Shown here piece by piece: positions 21,486-31,203 of a stretch of DNA of 64,000 nt. This stretch comes from Longimicrobiales bacterium (GTDB lineage: Bacteria; Gemmatimonadota; Gemmatimonadetes; Longimicrobiales; Gaopeijiaceae): NCBI GenBank assembly GCA_965219445.1, contig CBDCNQ010000005.1:768001-832000 (forward strand), in the 5' to 3' direction. The notes below the pieces were generated by a model, which did not search any database, was not told where the DNA came from, and saw only the letters and a program-made list of their open reading frames with translations. A program made the translations under genes and the position numbers. Positions within the stretch are counted from its first letter, which is position 1; each line of letters opens with the position of its first letter.

Positions 21486-23732
21486 TCATCGATTCAGGTT
21501 CGTCGGGGTGCAGCTGGAGGCGATGTGCTCGCACAGCGCGTTCGTGTAGACCTCTATCATCGTGACGTAGCTGGCGAAATCGAAGGCCGCTCCATGCGCA
21601 CCGGGAGGAAAGAAACGGAACTCCGCATCCTTGCCGGCCCGCGCGAGCGCCGTCAGGAGCTGCATGGTGTGCTGCGGCTGCACGTTCTCGTCCATTCCGG
21701 AATGGACCAGGAGGAGCTGGTCCTCGAGGGCTTCGACCCAGTTCAGGGTCGAGCTCCCCTGGTACCCGTCCTCGTTCTCGCCGAGAAGGCCCATGTACCG
21801 TTCGGTGTAGATCGTGTCGTAGAGCCTCCAGTCGGTTGCGGGCGAGTTGGCGATACCCAACACGAACACCCCCGGGTGCCTCAGCAACGTCGAGATCGAC
21901 ATGAAGCCCCCGTAACTGGTGCCCTGGATCGCCATGCGATCGCCGTCGACCCACGGTTGCGACGCCAGCCATCGCGCCACTTCTGCGAAGTCGTTCGCCT
22001 CCCACTTGCCCAACTCGCGATACACGACCTCCATGAAGTCACGGCCGTAGTTGCCCGACCCACGGTTGTTGAGGCCGACCACGATGTAGCCCTGCTGGGC
22101 GAGGTACTGTTGCCAGCCGTCCGTTGCCCACTGGTCGGACACCTGTTGGGATCCGGGGCCACCATAGATCGACACCACCACCGGGTGTCGCTGCGACGGG
22201 TCGAAGTTCGGCGGCCTGATCATCGAGCCGTCGAGCTCGACTCCGTCGGACGTCGTGAAGCTGAACAGCTCGGTGGGTGAGTAAGCGTGGGAGCTGACGT
22301 ACTCCGCAACCTCTGCGTTGGCCTCCAGCGTGGTCAGCAGCTCGCCTCCGCGATGCCCGCTCCGGAGCTCGACCTGCCGTGGCCGACTGCTGCTCGACCA
22401 CGTGTCGATGTAATAGTCCATGTTCGGGGACATGTCGATGCCGTGGGTACCCGCAACGGATGTCAGCCGCTGCTTGTTCCGGCCATCGAAGTCGACTGCG
22501 TAGAGGTGACGCTGGAGTGGGCTCTCCTCGGTGCCTGTGTAATAGATCGTACCGGTCTGGGCGTCGATGCCCTCGACGCGTGTCACTACCCACTCGCCGC
22601 TCGTCACCTGGTTCAGCAACTCACCGTCGTATGAATAACGGTACAGGTGGTTGTAGCCGTCCCGGTCGCTGATCCAAAAGAACTCCCGCAAACCCTCGGG
22701 AAAGAGGAAGTAGTGCTGCACACCGGCGAAGAAGTCGAACACGTCGATCCACGCGTCGCTCCGCTCCTCCATCACGAGGCGCCGCTCACCCGAGCGCACA
22801 TCGAAGAAGTACAGCCGGAGGTCGTTCTGGTGGCGGTTCAAGGTGACGACGGCCAGCGTATTCGGGTCGCTCGTCCAGTAGATCCGCGGAACGTAGTACT
22901 CACCGGCAAGACCCACTTCCATCCAGCGCGTCTCGCCCGAGGCCACGTCCACCACACCGATGCGCATTTCCGAGTTGTCCTGCCCGACCTTCGGGAAGGG
23001 CATCACCGTCCACTCCGGGTACTGGCCCTCCCAGTCCGTGATCTGGATGGTGGGGACGTCCGCCACGTGCGTCTGCCAGTACGCGATTCGCCGGCTGTCG
23101 GGGCTCCACGTCCATGCCTGCGTGAGGCCGAACTCCTCCTCGTAGACCCAGTCGAACACGCCGTTCCAGACGATGTCGCTGCCGCTCGACGTCAGCCGAC
23201 GCTCCCGCTCGGCATCCATGTCGTAGACGAACAGGTCACCTCCCCGCTCGTATCCGAGGAGAGCGCCGTCCGGCGACAGCTCCGCGGTGCGCGCGTCGTC
23301 GGCCGCCAGCACGAGCGACTCGTTCTCCACTCCGTACACGTAAAAGTCCGCGATGCCCGAGTATCGGTAGATCGGCCGGAAATCGGCCTGGAAGACGACG
23401 TGCCGCGAATCCGGGGCCCAATCGAACGAACGGTACCGCAGCGGTTCCGACCCTCCCGGTACAGTCAATACCCCCGGATCGAAGAGCAGCTCGTCGCTGC
23501 CCGACTCCGGGTCGTACGCTCGGACCTCCGGTCGGCGCGTTTGGGTGTTCACGAGCGTGTACGAGTACCGTCCACCCTCGTCGATCCAGTTCACCCCGGC
23601 CGGGCCCGCACGGCCGGACAGCCGACCCGAGATGCTCAGCGCTTCCTGGACACTCCCGATCCGCTCCTGGGCCCGTAGCGGGATCACGCTCACCAGCGCC
23701 AGTGCCACTACGAGGCTCGCATGCAATCTCAT
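21486..23732 (-). CDS. S9B dipeptidyl peptidase IV family protein
   Basis: Signal peptide; DWVYEEEF, YGGPGSQ, nucleophile GTSYGG, YDTIYTERYMG, D(ENV) and GAHG triad residues. Confidence 0.93.
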   Translation of the reverse strand: MRLHASLVVALALVSVIPLRAQERIGSVQEALSISGRLSGRAGPAGVNWIDEGGRYSYTLVNTQTRRPEVRAYDPESGSDELLFDPGVLTVPGGSEPLRYRSFDWAPDSRHVVFQADFRPIYRYSGIADFYVYGVENESLVLAADDARTAELSPDGALLGYERGGDLFVYDMDAERERRLTSSGSDIVWNGVFDWVYEEEFGLTQAWTWSPDSRRIAYWQTHVADVPTIQITDWEGQYPEWTVMPFPKVGQDNSEMRIGVVDVASGETRWMEVGLAGEYYVPRIYWTSDPNTLAVVTLNRHQNDLRLYFFDVRSGERRLVMEERSDAWIDVFDFFAGVQHYFLFPEGLREFFWISDRDGYNHLYRYSYDGELLNQVTSGEWVVTRVEGIDAQTGTIYYTGTEESPLQRHLYAVDFDGRNKQRLTSVAGTHGIDMSPNMDYYIDTWSSSSRPRQVELRSGHRGGELLTTLEANAEVAEYVSSHAYSPTELFSFTTSDGVELDGSMIRPPNFDPSQRHPVVVSIYGGPGSQQVSDQWATDGWQQYLAQQGYIVVGLNNRGSGNYGRDFMEVVYRELGKWEANDFAEVARWLASQPWVDGDRMAIQGTSYGGFMSISTLLRHPGVFVLGIANSPATDWRLYDTIYTERYMGLLGENEDGYQGSSTLNWVEALEDQLLLVHSGMDENVQPQHTMQLLTALARAGKDAEFRFFPPGAHGAAFDFASYVTMIEVYTNALCEHIASSCTPTNLNR

Positions 23733-23915
23733 TTTTCTTCTCGCTCGATTCTGAGGGTCTTGTGACAGTCGAACAGGCCAGACGATCACGTTTTCGGGGC
23801 GACGGACAAGGTAGGCACGGACCTCAGTGCAGTCGAGCGTACATTCGAACCCTGGTCCGGGACGTTCGCCCGAGGCGAAGGGGATGGCAGTGCAATTCTC
23901 AGACGCTACAACGGA

Positions 23916-23953
23916 AACCCCCGGAAAACCGAGGCGATTCTCCGGGGGTTCGT
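23916..23953 (-). terminator. Probable intrinsic terminator after the MBL-fold gene
   Basis: Inverted repeat AACCCCCGGAAAA / TTCTCCGGGGGTT about 30 nt past the 23979 stop; short U tail on the minus strand. Confidence 0.55.
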
Positions 23954-23978
23954 GGACGTCGGCCCGCCGCGGTACCTT

Positions 23979-24758
23979 CTAGGAGGGATACCAATCCAAT
24001 ACGCGCACCTCGATATCCGCCTCGCCTCGGAGAGCCTCGACGAATTCGTCGACCGGCTGCTCACGGTTGTGATACGGGTAAACGACCGCGGGCCTGATGA
24101 TCTTCACGCAATCCGCCGCAGCCGACGGCACCATCCGGCCATGGGGTAGGTTCACCGGCATGAAAGCGATGTCGATGTCCTCGAGCGTCTGGATCTCAGG
24201 GACACACTCCGTCACTCCCGAGAGATAGATTCTCTGACCGCCGAGGCTGAGGACGTACCCGTTGCCCTCACCCCGCGCGTGGAACGGGGAGCCGGGGAGG
24301 AGATCGTACATAGGCACGGCCTCCACAGGCACACCCGCCAGCGTAGCGACATCGCCGTTGTTCATGATCATGGCGTCGGGAACTCGCAGAACCCGTTCGC
24401 GCCCTCCCTCGTCCCTCGCATCCTCGGGAGTAGAAGGAAGTACGACCGGAGCCCCGGGCTTACGAAGCCGTTGGATCAGATCTGGGTCGAGGTGGTCCCC
24501 CGGTGTATCGGTGATCAGGATGAGGTCGGCCGGCCTCGCGTTGGTGTAGTCGCCTCGGCTCCAAGGGTCGACGTGGATTACCGTCCCGGCGAACTCGAGC
24601 TGCACGCCGGCTCCGACGTACGACGTAATTTCGACATCACCGGCATCGGCCGCGGGCCCCATCTCGTCATCAGCTCCCCCCGGACCGCAGGAGCCGACCG
24701 CAGCGGTCAGCGCGAGGAACACACCACCCGAAGCCAGACTACGAGCAACTTTCTTCAT
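23979..24758 (-). CDS. MBL-fold metallo-hydrolase-like lipoprotein with altered metal motif
   Basis: AAGGAG RBS; lipobox VGSC; IHVDPWS, LITDTPGDHLD, GYVL..IYLSG, VVYPYH. Confidence 0.8.
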   Translation of the reverse strand: MKKVARSLASGGVFLALTAAVGSCGPGGADDEMGPAADAGDVEITSYVGAGVQLEFAGTVIHVDPWSRGDYTNARPADLILITDTPGDHLDPDLIQRLRKPGAPVVLPSTPEDARDEGGRERVLRVPDAMIMNNGDVATLAGVPVEAVPMYDLLPGSPFHARGEGNGYVLSLGGQRIYLSGVTECVPEIQTLEDIDIAFMPVNLPHGRMVPSAAADCVKIIRPAVVYPYHNREQPVDEFVEALRGEADIEVRVLDWYPS

Positions 24759-24819
24759 CCGTGACACTCCTTTCCTTAGAACATCGCAATGCCGTTGATC
24801 GCCTAACGAGCCACCTGCC

Positions 24820-26864
24820 TCAGGGGAGAGGGAGGCGTAGCGCGACGAGAGATCCGGGGAGGCCGCGCCCGGACACGGCGGTCACGATGTACTGCCTGCC
24901 TTCGTGCAGGTACGTCATCGGGGCCGTGTCCGTGGTAGCTGGCAACTGGACCGTGCCGAGCCGCTCCCCGGTACGCTTGTCCACAGCGTGCATGCGCGGC
25001 TCCCCCGACCGCCCTTCGCCATAGATGAGGAGACTCTGCGTAACCATGGCCGTCGCGTGAGACGCCTGACCGGTATTCGGAAGATCCACGCCCTGAAGCA
25101 TGGGGTGATTCCTGATGCGCTCCGGCGTGTCCCCGTTGGGAATCCACCACAGGTGTTCCCCGGTATTCATATCGATGGCGGTGATCCGCCCGTAGGGGGG
25201 TTTAAGCATCGGAAGTCCCTCAGGACCGCGGAAGCCCCCCGGCACCGGGTTGTGATGCCACTCGACGACAGTTGTACCGGACTGCCCCGTCATTACGGCA
25301 TCCCTCACCTCCCCCGGCACCAAAACGAAGGCGCTACAGGTCTTCACGGACGCCACATACATGATCCCGCTCTGCGGATCCATCACGGTACCGCCCCCGA
25401 TGTTGGACCCGCCTCCTGCCGCGGGGCAGAACACGGCTCCCTTCTTGCCCTCCGCGTTCTCAGAGTGGAGCGGCGGGTTGTACATGGGACCGAGGCGCCA
25501 CTCGCTCGCGATCTCACGCGCCAATGAGTTGATGGCCGGCGTGAAGTCGATGAGGTCGTCTTCGGTGATCCCCTGCATCTCGTACGCAGCGGGTCGGGTG
25601 GGGATAGGCTGGGTGGGTGAAGTCTGCTCGGTCGGAACGTCGGACTGAGGCACCGGCTGTTCCTCGATGGGCCAAATAGGCTCTCCGGTCACGCGATTGA
25701 AAGCGTAAACGAAGGCCTGTTTGGAGCTCTGCACCAGTGCGGGAATCTCCCTACCGTCCACGGTGAGGTCCACGAGATTCGGAGGAAGGGGGAAATCCCG
25801 GTCCCAAACGTCGTGGTGGATCGCCTGAAAGTGCCAGATCCGTTCGCCCGTCCGGATGTCCAGGGCCACGATGCTGTTTCCGTAGAGATTGTTGCCGGGC
25901 CGGAAGCCACCGAAGTAGTCGTTGGTCGGCGCGTCGGTCGTGATGTAGATGATTCCCCGTTCCGGATCGGCAGAAAGGGGCGGCCACGTGTTGACGTTCC
26001 CAGTCCAGGACCAAGCGTCGTTCTCCCACGTTTCGTGTCCGAACTCACCGGGTTGCGGTACGACATTGAACTTCCAGAGATGCTCTCCGGTGCGGGCGTC
26101 GTATGCGAGGATGTCTCCAGGTACGTTCTCCCGGCGGGTATCGAGGCGCCCCGTCAAGTTCGAGTTCCCCATCACCACCACTCCATTCACGACGATCGGG
26201 GGCGAAGTATTCGTGATATACCCGATCGAGTCGGGGATGCCATACTCCGGGTCCATGGGTGGCCCAGATCCTTCAGCAGATCGACCGTGCCGCCCTCTTC
26301 GAATCCATCGACGGGCACGGGCGCACCAAAGCCCTCGATCGGGCGTCCCGTTTCGGCGTCCAGAGCGTGCAGGAAAAAGGCCGGCGTGACGAGATAGATC
26401 ACGCCCCGTCCATCGATCTCGGTGTAGGCCACACCCTTCCCGTGGCTCTTTCTCGACGAGCGCTCCCACCGCGTCGTGTGGGGCTCACGGTAGATCCAGA
26501 GCGTCTCTCCGGTGGCGGGGTCGAGGGCCGAGACCGTACGGCTCTGCCCAGCCACGGTATAAAGCTTTCCGTTCGCGTAGATCGGCGTTGCACGCAGAAT
26601 GTAATCGAGGGAGGGGCCGAAGTTGTCGCCTCGCCAGACCCAGGCCTGCTCGAGGTCATTGAAGTTGTCGGCGTTGATTTGATCGAGGGGCGAGTACCGT
26701 GTGCTCCATGCATCAGCGCCCCAGTAGCGCCACTCCCCGAAGGGCGTACCCCGATCCTGAGCATAAGCTGAAGTCGAAGCCAACAGGATTCCGATCAGCG
26801 CAAGTGATCGGGCCAAGCCCGAGGGAAAAATCGACGGCAAAAAGCGACTCCGGTCCCGCATCAT
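24820..26864 (-). pseudogene. PQQ-dependent (quinoprotein glucose dehydrogenase-like) dehydrogenase split by a one-base deletion near 26254 (possibly a sequencing error)
   Basis: WRYWGAD..STRYSPLDQINADN, TSPPIVVNG, WHFQAIHHDVWDRD, KPPYGRITAID, TAPMTYLHEGRQYI. Adding one base at CC 26253-26254 gives continuous DLGHPWDPEYG. Confidence 0.88.
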
Positions 26865-27020
26865 GAATGCCCTCTGTTCCTGGGATCCGCCGACCCCACG
26901 CGCACTCCAGGGCGCGATGGGCAAACGGCGTGCTGGGCAGCGCGCCAGCCGGCTCACCGATACGGTGCTTTCGGGGTTGTGTCAAGTAATTACGAGCAGT
27001 GTCGGGGGGTACTGGAGACG

Positions 27021-28646
27021 CTATCGCGCCGCCCCGACAATCCTCGCAAACTCCGACCACGCCACCGGCGACCCGTGGATCGGAACGATCGTCTCGACGT
27101 CGAGCCCGAGGCGCTGCACGTGGCCCAAGAGCGACCGGTTGGCCGGGGTGACCCCGGCCGGGGAGGGGAGGCCAGAACCGGATGAGTCGAAGAGATCGGC
27201 CTCGATCAGGATCCGCTCGGTCGGGAGATAGGCGATCAGCATGCCCTCCACGTGCGCGAGCGGGTGCACGTAGGAAACATGCATCGAGCGCTCTCCGTCG
27301 TTGAGCCAGTAGTTCTCCCGCACCGTCTCGTACTGATAGCCCTCCGCGAGTTCCGTCGGTGGCCACAGCGAGACCATATCGGGAGCGAGCGTCCGGGGTG
27401 CGTAATTGAGCACGTCCCGCGTGTAGAAATCGTAGTTCTTCCATTGTGTGATGATCGTGGCACCGATGTGCATGTACGTCCGGAGACCACCGATGTGGTC
27501 GTGGTGCTGGTGCGTATTCACCAGGAACCGGATCGGCTTGTTCGGTGCGAGGCGCGCGACCTCGTCGATGACGGCGAGGCTGCGCCGCTCGTCCACGGGA
27601 GCTTCCACGACCGCTAGGTAATCTTCGAACTCCACGGCCACGCTGTTGTGTGACGACCCCCCGAGGAGCCACACACCGTTGGCCAGCTCCCGGGTGGTGA
27701 CCACGGTCGGGAACTCGGCTTGTCGCACCACGTCCGGGACCGTGACCGGGTCGTCGCAGTCGTTCGCACGGATGTCGTCAAGTGTACCGCCGAACGCATT
27801 GTGTCCGGCGTTGACGCTCTGGGCCTGGTAGTTGTCGTCCCATCCCTCGTGCTGATGCCAGCCCGTGGGAAAGCGCACGCCGTCACCGATGTCCACGTAG
27901 CTCGCGTTGGTGAATTCGTGCTCGTAGTTCATATCGCCGAGCACGGGGTCGGGTACCCAGGTGTGGATGCGCTGGAGCATATTCTCGCTGTTGATGGTGG
28001 CGTCCACTCTGTACTTCCCGAGGACGGTGATCGAGACGATGGTGACCCTCTCGGGCACCGTGGTCGCGCCGTCCCGACCCATCTCCCCCAGCTCCCATCG
28101 CCAGGTCGCCTTGGGATCGGCACCGGGCATCATTGCCGCCTTGAGGAAGTCGTGGGGGTTGATCCACATGTCGAGCTGCCATCGCTCCGCCTCCTCGGGC
28201 GGTACCGGAATGGGTTCGCCCCCCCGCCCATCGATGTGCCAGGCATGTTCTCCGTTGACCACGAAGCGCTGGTGGGTATTTCGTTGGATCGGCGTCCCCC
28301 CTCGCCACCCGAGCCCGTGCTTCCACGAAGCGGGGTTTTGGCCCGGCTCACGGTCGAATTCCTCGACCATGGTTCCGGCATCCCAGTTCATGGTCCGCGT
28401 GTAGTTCGTCAGGGGTCGGCCTCGTGGCCAATCCACCTCGAACCCATTCAGCCTCTGCTGCCCCACCATGCCCGCGTAGGCGGTCCCTGAGATCGCCACG
28501 CAGCGCAGGTTAGAGGCCCCGATGGCCTCGGCGGCGGCTCGCAGTATGGGAGCCGGATCGAGATAGCCAGGCGGGAGCTCCTGAGAGGCCGCCGGCCCGC
28601 CCATTAACGTCGCCGCGACGATGAGACCTGATAGCCGGATAGACAA
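27021..28646 (-). CDS. Secreted MBL-fold hydrolase with long N-terminal beta domain
   Basis: AGGAGG RBS before TTG; signal peptide; VNTHQHHDHIGG, EADLF, IVPIHG. Confidence 0.85.
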   Translation of the reverse strand: MSIRLSGLIVAATLMGGPAASQELPPGYLDPAPILRAAAEAIGASNLRCVAISGTAYAGMVGQQRLNGFEVDWPRGRPLTNYTRTMNWDAGTMVEEFDREPGQNPASWKHGLGWRGGTPIQRNTHQRFVVNGEHAWHIDGRGGEPIPVPPEEAERWQLDMWINPHDFLKAAMMPGADPKATWRWELGEMGRDGATTVPERVTIVSITVLGKYRVDATINSENMLQRIHTWVPDPVLGDMNYEHEFTNASYVDIGDGVRFPTGWHQHEGWDDNYQAQSVNAGHNAFGGTLDDIRANDCDDPVTVPDVVRQAEFPTVVTTRELANGVWLLGGSSHNSVAVEFEDYLAVVEAPVDERRSLAVIDEVARLAPNKPIRFLVNTHQHHDHIGGLRTYMHIGATIITQWKNYDFYTRDVLNYAPRTLAPDMVSLWPPTELAEGYQYETVRENYWLNDGERSMHVSYVHPLAHVEGMLIAYLPTERILIEADLFDSSGSGLPSPAGVTPANRSLLGHVQRLGLDVETIVPIHGSPVAWSEFARIVGAAR

Positions 28647-28769
28647 CGGTCCTCCTCAGCTCATGCCAGTGGGATCAAACTGCCTGTCGGCGGCTGGCGC
28701 TTCGCTCCCCGACTCGTCTACAGAAACGGTCGGTCTGGTGGCACGAAAACGGCTAGGCGGTGATCGCCG

Positions 28770-29228
28770 TCACGACCCTCCGGACGTTGACGGAACGAAC
28801 GCAACCATCTGCAGCGGCAACTCCCCGGTCTCGAGACGCACGAGTTCGATCTCGCTGCCGTCCGGCCGACTGAGGTCCGCGCAGCACATGCCGTAGGTCC
28901 CTGGTGCTCGTGACGGCTGACCAACGGCCCTGATCGGGTCACCAGCCTTGAGAGTCTCAGCGTGCCAGCCACGGCGGGACATGTTCACGGCCCCACCCAA
29001 CTCGACTTCCCATTCCACCACCTCGCCATTTTCGTTCTCCGCCTCGATGTAGAGGAACGAGTGCGGGTTCCGGAAATTGAATCTCAGGATGGAACCAACT
29101 GCCTCCACGCTCCTGTCGGGGTCGTAGAACGGCGCGCTGCTATGGTGCGCCTCAGCCGGGAAATCCGTGATTACGAGGCCGAGGACCACGAGGGCGGCGA
29201 GTGACGATATCCAGAGAAGTGGTTTCAC
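28770..29228 (-). CDS. DUF6152-like exported protein (His-His after the signal peptide)
   Basis: AGGAG RBS; signal ending PAEA then HHSSAPFYD; FNFRNPHSFLY; WEVE. Confidence 0.8.
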   Translation of the reverse strand: MKPLLWISSLAALVVLGLVITDFPAEAHHSSAPFYDPDRSVEAVGSILRFNFRNPHSFLYIEAENENGEVVEWEVELGGAVNMSRRGWHAETLKAGDPIRAVGQPSRAPGTYGMCCADLSRPDGSEIELVRLETGELPLQMVAFVPSTSGGS

Positions 29229-29283
29229 CGGTCGGTCTCCTAAAAGTTGCCTATCTTATCCGAGCCTTATCGGTTTATTGGTC

Positions 29284-30039
29284 TTATCGGTACTTCGGGA
29301 TCATGTACTTCACTGCACGACGCGCATCTACCGCATCACATTCGTACGGATTGAGCCTGTAGCCCTCGGGAGCCGGGAGCCAGCGGGTCGTGTATGACGC
29401 AGGTTCCCTGAGGAACATCGGATCCTCGACGGTCAGGGTCAGGCGCAACTCCTCTCCTTCGCGCCAGTACCTCTCGGTCACCTTCTTGAGCTGGGACGAC
29501 GGGATCCCGTTGTAATCGTCGAATCCCGTGATATCGAAGACGAAGTGGGTTGTTTCGACGAGGAGCGCGTCGCCTTCGTATCGACCGACCGAGAAACCCT
29601 GGACGCCGTATCCGTTTAGGGGCGGATCGCGCCCGTCCAGCCAAACAGTTCGGAGCTGGTCGTCCTTCTCGTACCGGAACATGACCCGATCCGGCCACTG
29701 CACGACTTCCATGAAATAGGGGTCATACTGGAGCGCCGGCGACGCCGATGGAACGCAATCGTACTTCGGTGCGATCGCCTCATCGAAAACCTCCTGATAG
29801 GCGAGCGCACGCTCGTTGAGCACGGGGAAATTGTCCGGCGTCCAGGGCATGTTCGGTCCGTTGACCGGACGCGCACTGCCGCGGCCGTCCCACATCCCCA
29901 CCAAGTCGGGAATCGCCGCCACGGTCGATTGGGCGGTGACCTCCGCCGGAGCCCCACCAATCCCCACCGCAAACAAGGCAGCCGCTGCGGCCAAGCACGC
30001 GAGCGATCGAGAAAGCACCGGGCTGTCCGTCCTCCTCAT
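29284..30039 (-). CDS. Exported uncharacterised protein of the DUF6152-partner family
   Basis: GGAGG RBS; signal peptide; PDLVGMW, KYDCVP, GFSVGRYEGDALLVETT, TERYWR, VEDP, YECD. Same motif order as the genes at 49313-52933. Confidence 0.8.
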   Translation of the reverse strand: MRRTDSPVLSRSLACLAAAAALFAVGIGGAPAEVTAQSTVAAIPDLVGMWDGRGSARPVNGPNMPWTPDNFPVLNERALAYQEVFDEAIAPKYDCVPSASPALQYDPYFMEVVQWPDRVMFRYEKDDQLRTVWLDGRDPPLNGYGVQGFSVGRYEGDALLVETTHFVFDITGFDDYNGIPSSQLKKVTERYWREGEELRLTLTVEDPMFLREPASYTTRWLPAPEGYRLNPYECDAVDARRAVKYMIPKYR

Positions 30040-30296
30040 CCTCCCTCTCCTTGTTTCCGGCAATCCTCGAGGATTTGCGATACCGTCACACCTAATTCAC
30101 GGGACGCAATTCACGGAGGTGAATCTACAGCGGCTCCCGACTTAGGGATAGATGGCCCGCGAAGGTCCGGGCCGGGCCCCGCCTCGCGCTCAGAGAACCC
30201 TGGCGGGCGCCCGCCTCCCAGAGTATCCTTGGTCCCGAACAGGACCGGAGTCTACGGAGTCCTAAGGCCAAGTTTCCGATGAAAGGGAAAAATCAC

Positions 30297-30852
30297 ATGA
30301 AGCGCCTCCTTTAATGTGGCAACCGCCACCGCCTTCTTCGCGCTGTCGGCGCCTGCGGATTCGTCCGCGCAAGCGAGCGTGTTCTTGGGCGGGGGCACAA
30401 CGATTCCCACGAGCGACTACAACGACTTCGCCAAGGTGGGATGGCAGGGACACGGCGGGGTGCTTGTCCCTGTGGGTGAAATGGGCGTCGTGGTGGGAGC
30501 CGAGGGCTACTACGGTAGCAACGGCCACGACACCGACGGTGACAAGACGAACCTGTACGGTGGCGTAGCTTTGGTCGGTTGGCAGGGTGGGGACCCCGAC
30601 GGGATATCGCCCGGCGTCTACGCGGGATTGGGCTCCATGACCCACTCGTTCAAGTCGGACAATACCCCCCTCTTGGAGGGCTCGGACACGAGCCTGGCCG
30701 CGGGCGGGGGGGCGGGCGTCAGCTTCCCACCCGGAAGCATCAGTGGCTTCGTGGGCGCTAATTTCGTCACGGGCTTCAGCGACAACTCTGGAACGAAGTA
30801 TTTCGGGTTCGGCTTCAGCGCGGTCATCCCGGTCGGCGGCGGCGGCATGTAG
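30297..30852 (+). CDS. Outer-membrane beta-barrel protein (8-strand type); signal peptide interrupted by an apparent extra T
   Basis: Amphipathic Gly/aromatic strands ending YFGFGFSAVI. ATG 30297 gives MKRLL-stop; removing one T at 30310-30312 gives MKRLLNVATATAFFALSAPADSSAQ. Confidence 0.75.
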
Positions 30853-30877
30853 TCGTGCGGGCCGACCGCTCGAAGAC

Positions 30878-30948
30878 CTGGCGGCAACAGGGAGCTGGCA
30901 GCGACAAGGGGCTGGCAGCAACAAGGGGGCTGGCAGCAACAAGGGGGG
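30878..30948 (+). repeat. Four tandem 17-19 nt repeats, consensus CTGGCAGCAACAAGGGG
   Basis: Units start at 30878, 30895, 30912 and 30930; no spacers. Confidence 0.85.
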
Positions 30949-30980
30949 AGGTCCTGCACGGGCCTCCCCCCCTTCCTTTC
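30941..30980 (+). terminator. Probable terminator hairpin after the beta-barrel gene
   Basis: AAGGGGGGAGGTCC-TGCAC-GGGCCTCCCCCCCTT followed by CCTTTC. Confidence 0.6.
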
Positions 30981-31134
30981 CAGCGCTCTCGGGGACCAGC
31001 TCACCAAGCGGATGCGTGGTGGATAGAGAGGCCGATCGGACTCGCGCGTTTGCCGCCCCACCCCACCCTTCCTATTATCATCAGCCAGCCTCCTCGGCAG
31101 GCTCGAATCCACCATGCCCGCGAGTGACCAAACG

Positions 31135-31203
31135 ATGACGATGGACATCTCTCAACCATGACGCCGGACGTTTCTCGACCATGACGCCGGACATCTCTCG
31201 AAG
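31135..31203 (+). repeat. Three tandem 23-nt units spanning the fdnG start codon
   Basis: ATGACGATGGACATCTCTCAACC / ATGACGCCGGACGTTTCTCGACC / ATGACGCCGGACATCTCTCGAAG. Confidence 0.85.

Noticed and set aside
30878..30948. CRISPR array
   Set aside because: Units are 17-19 nt, directly adjacent with no spacers, and there are no cas genes.
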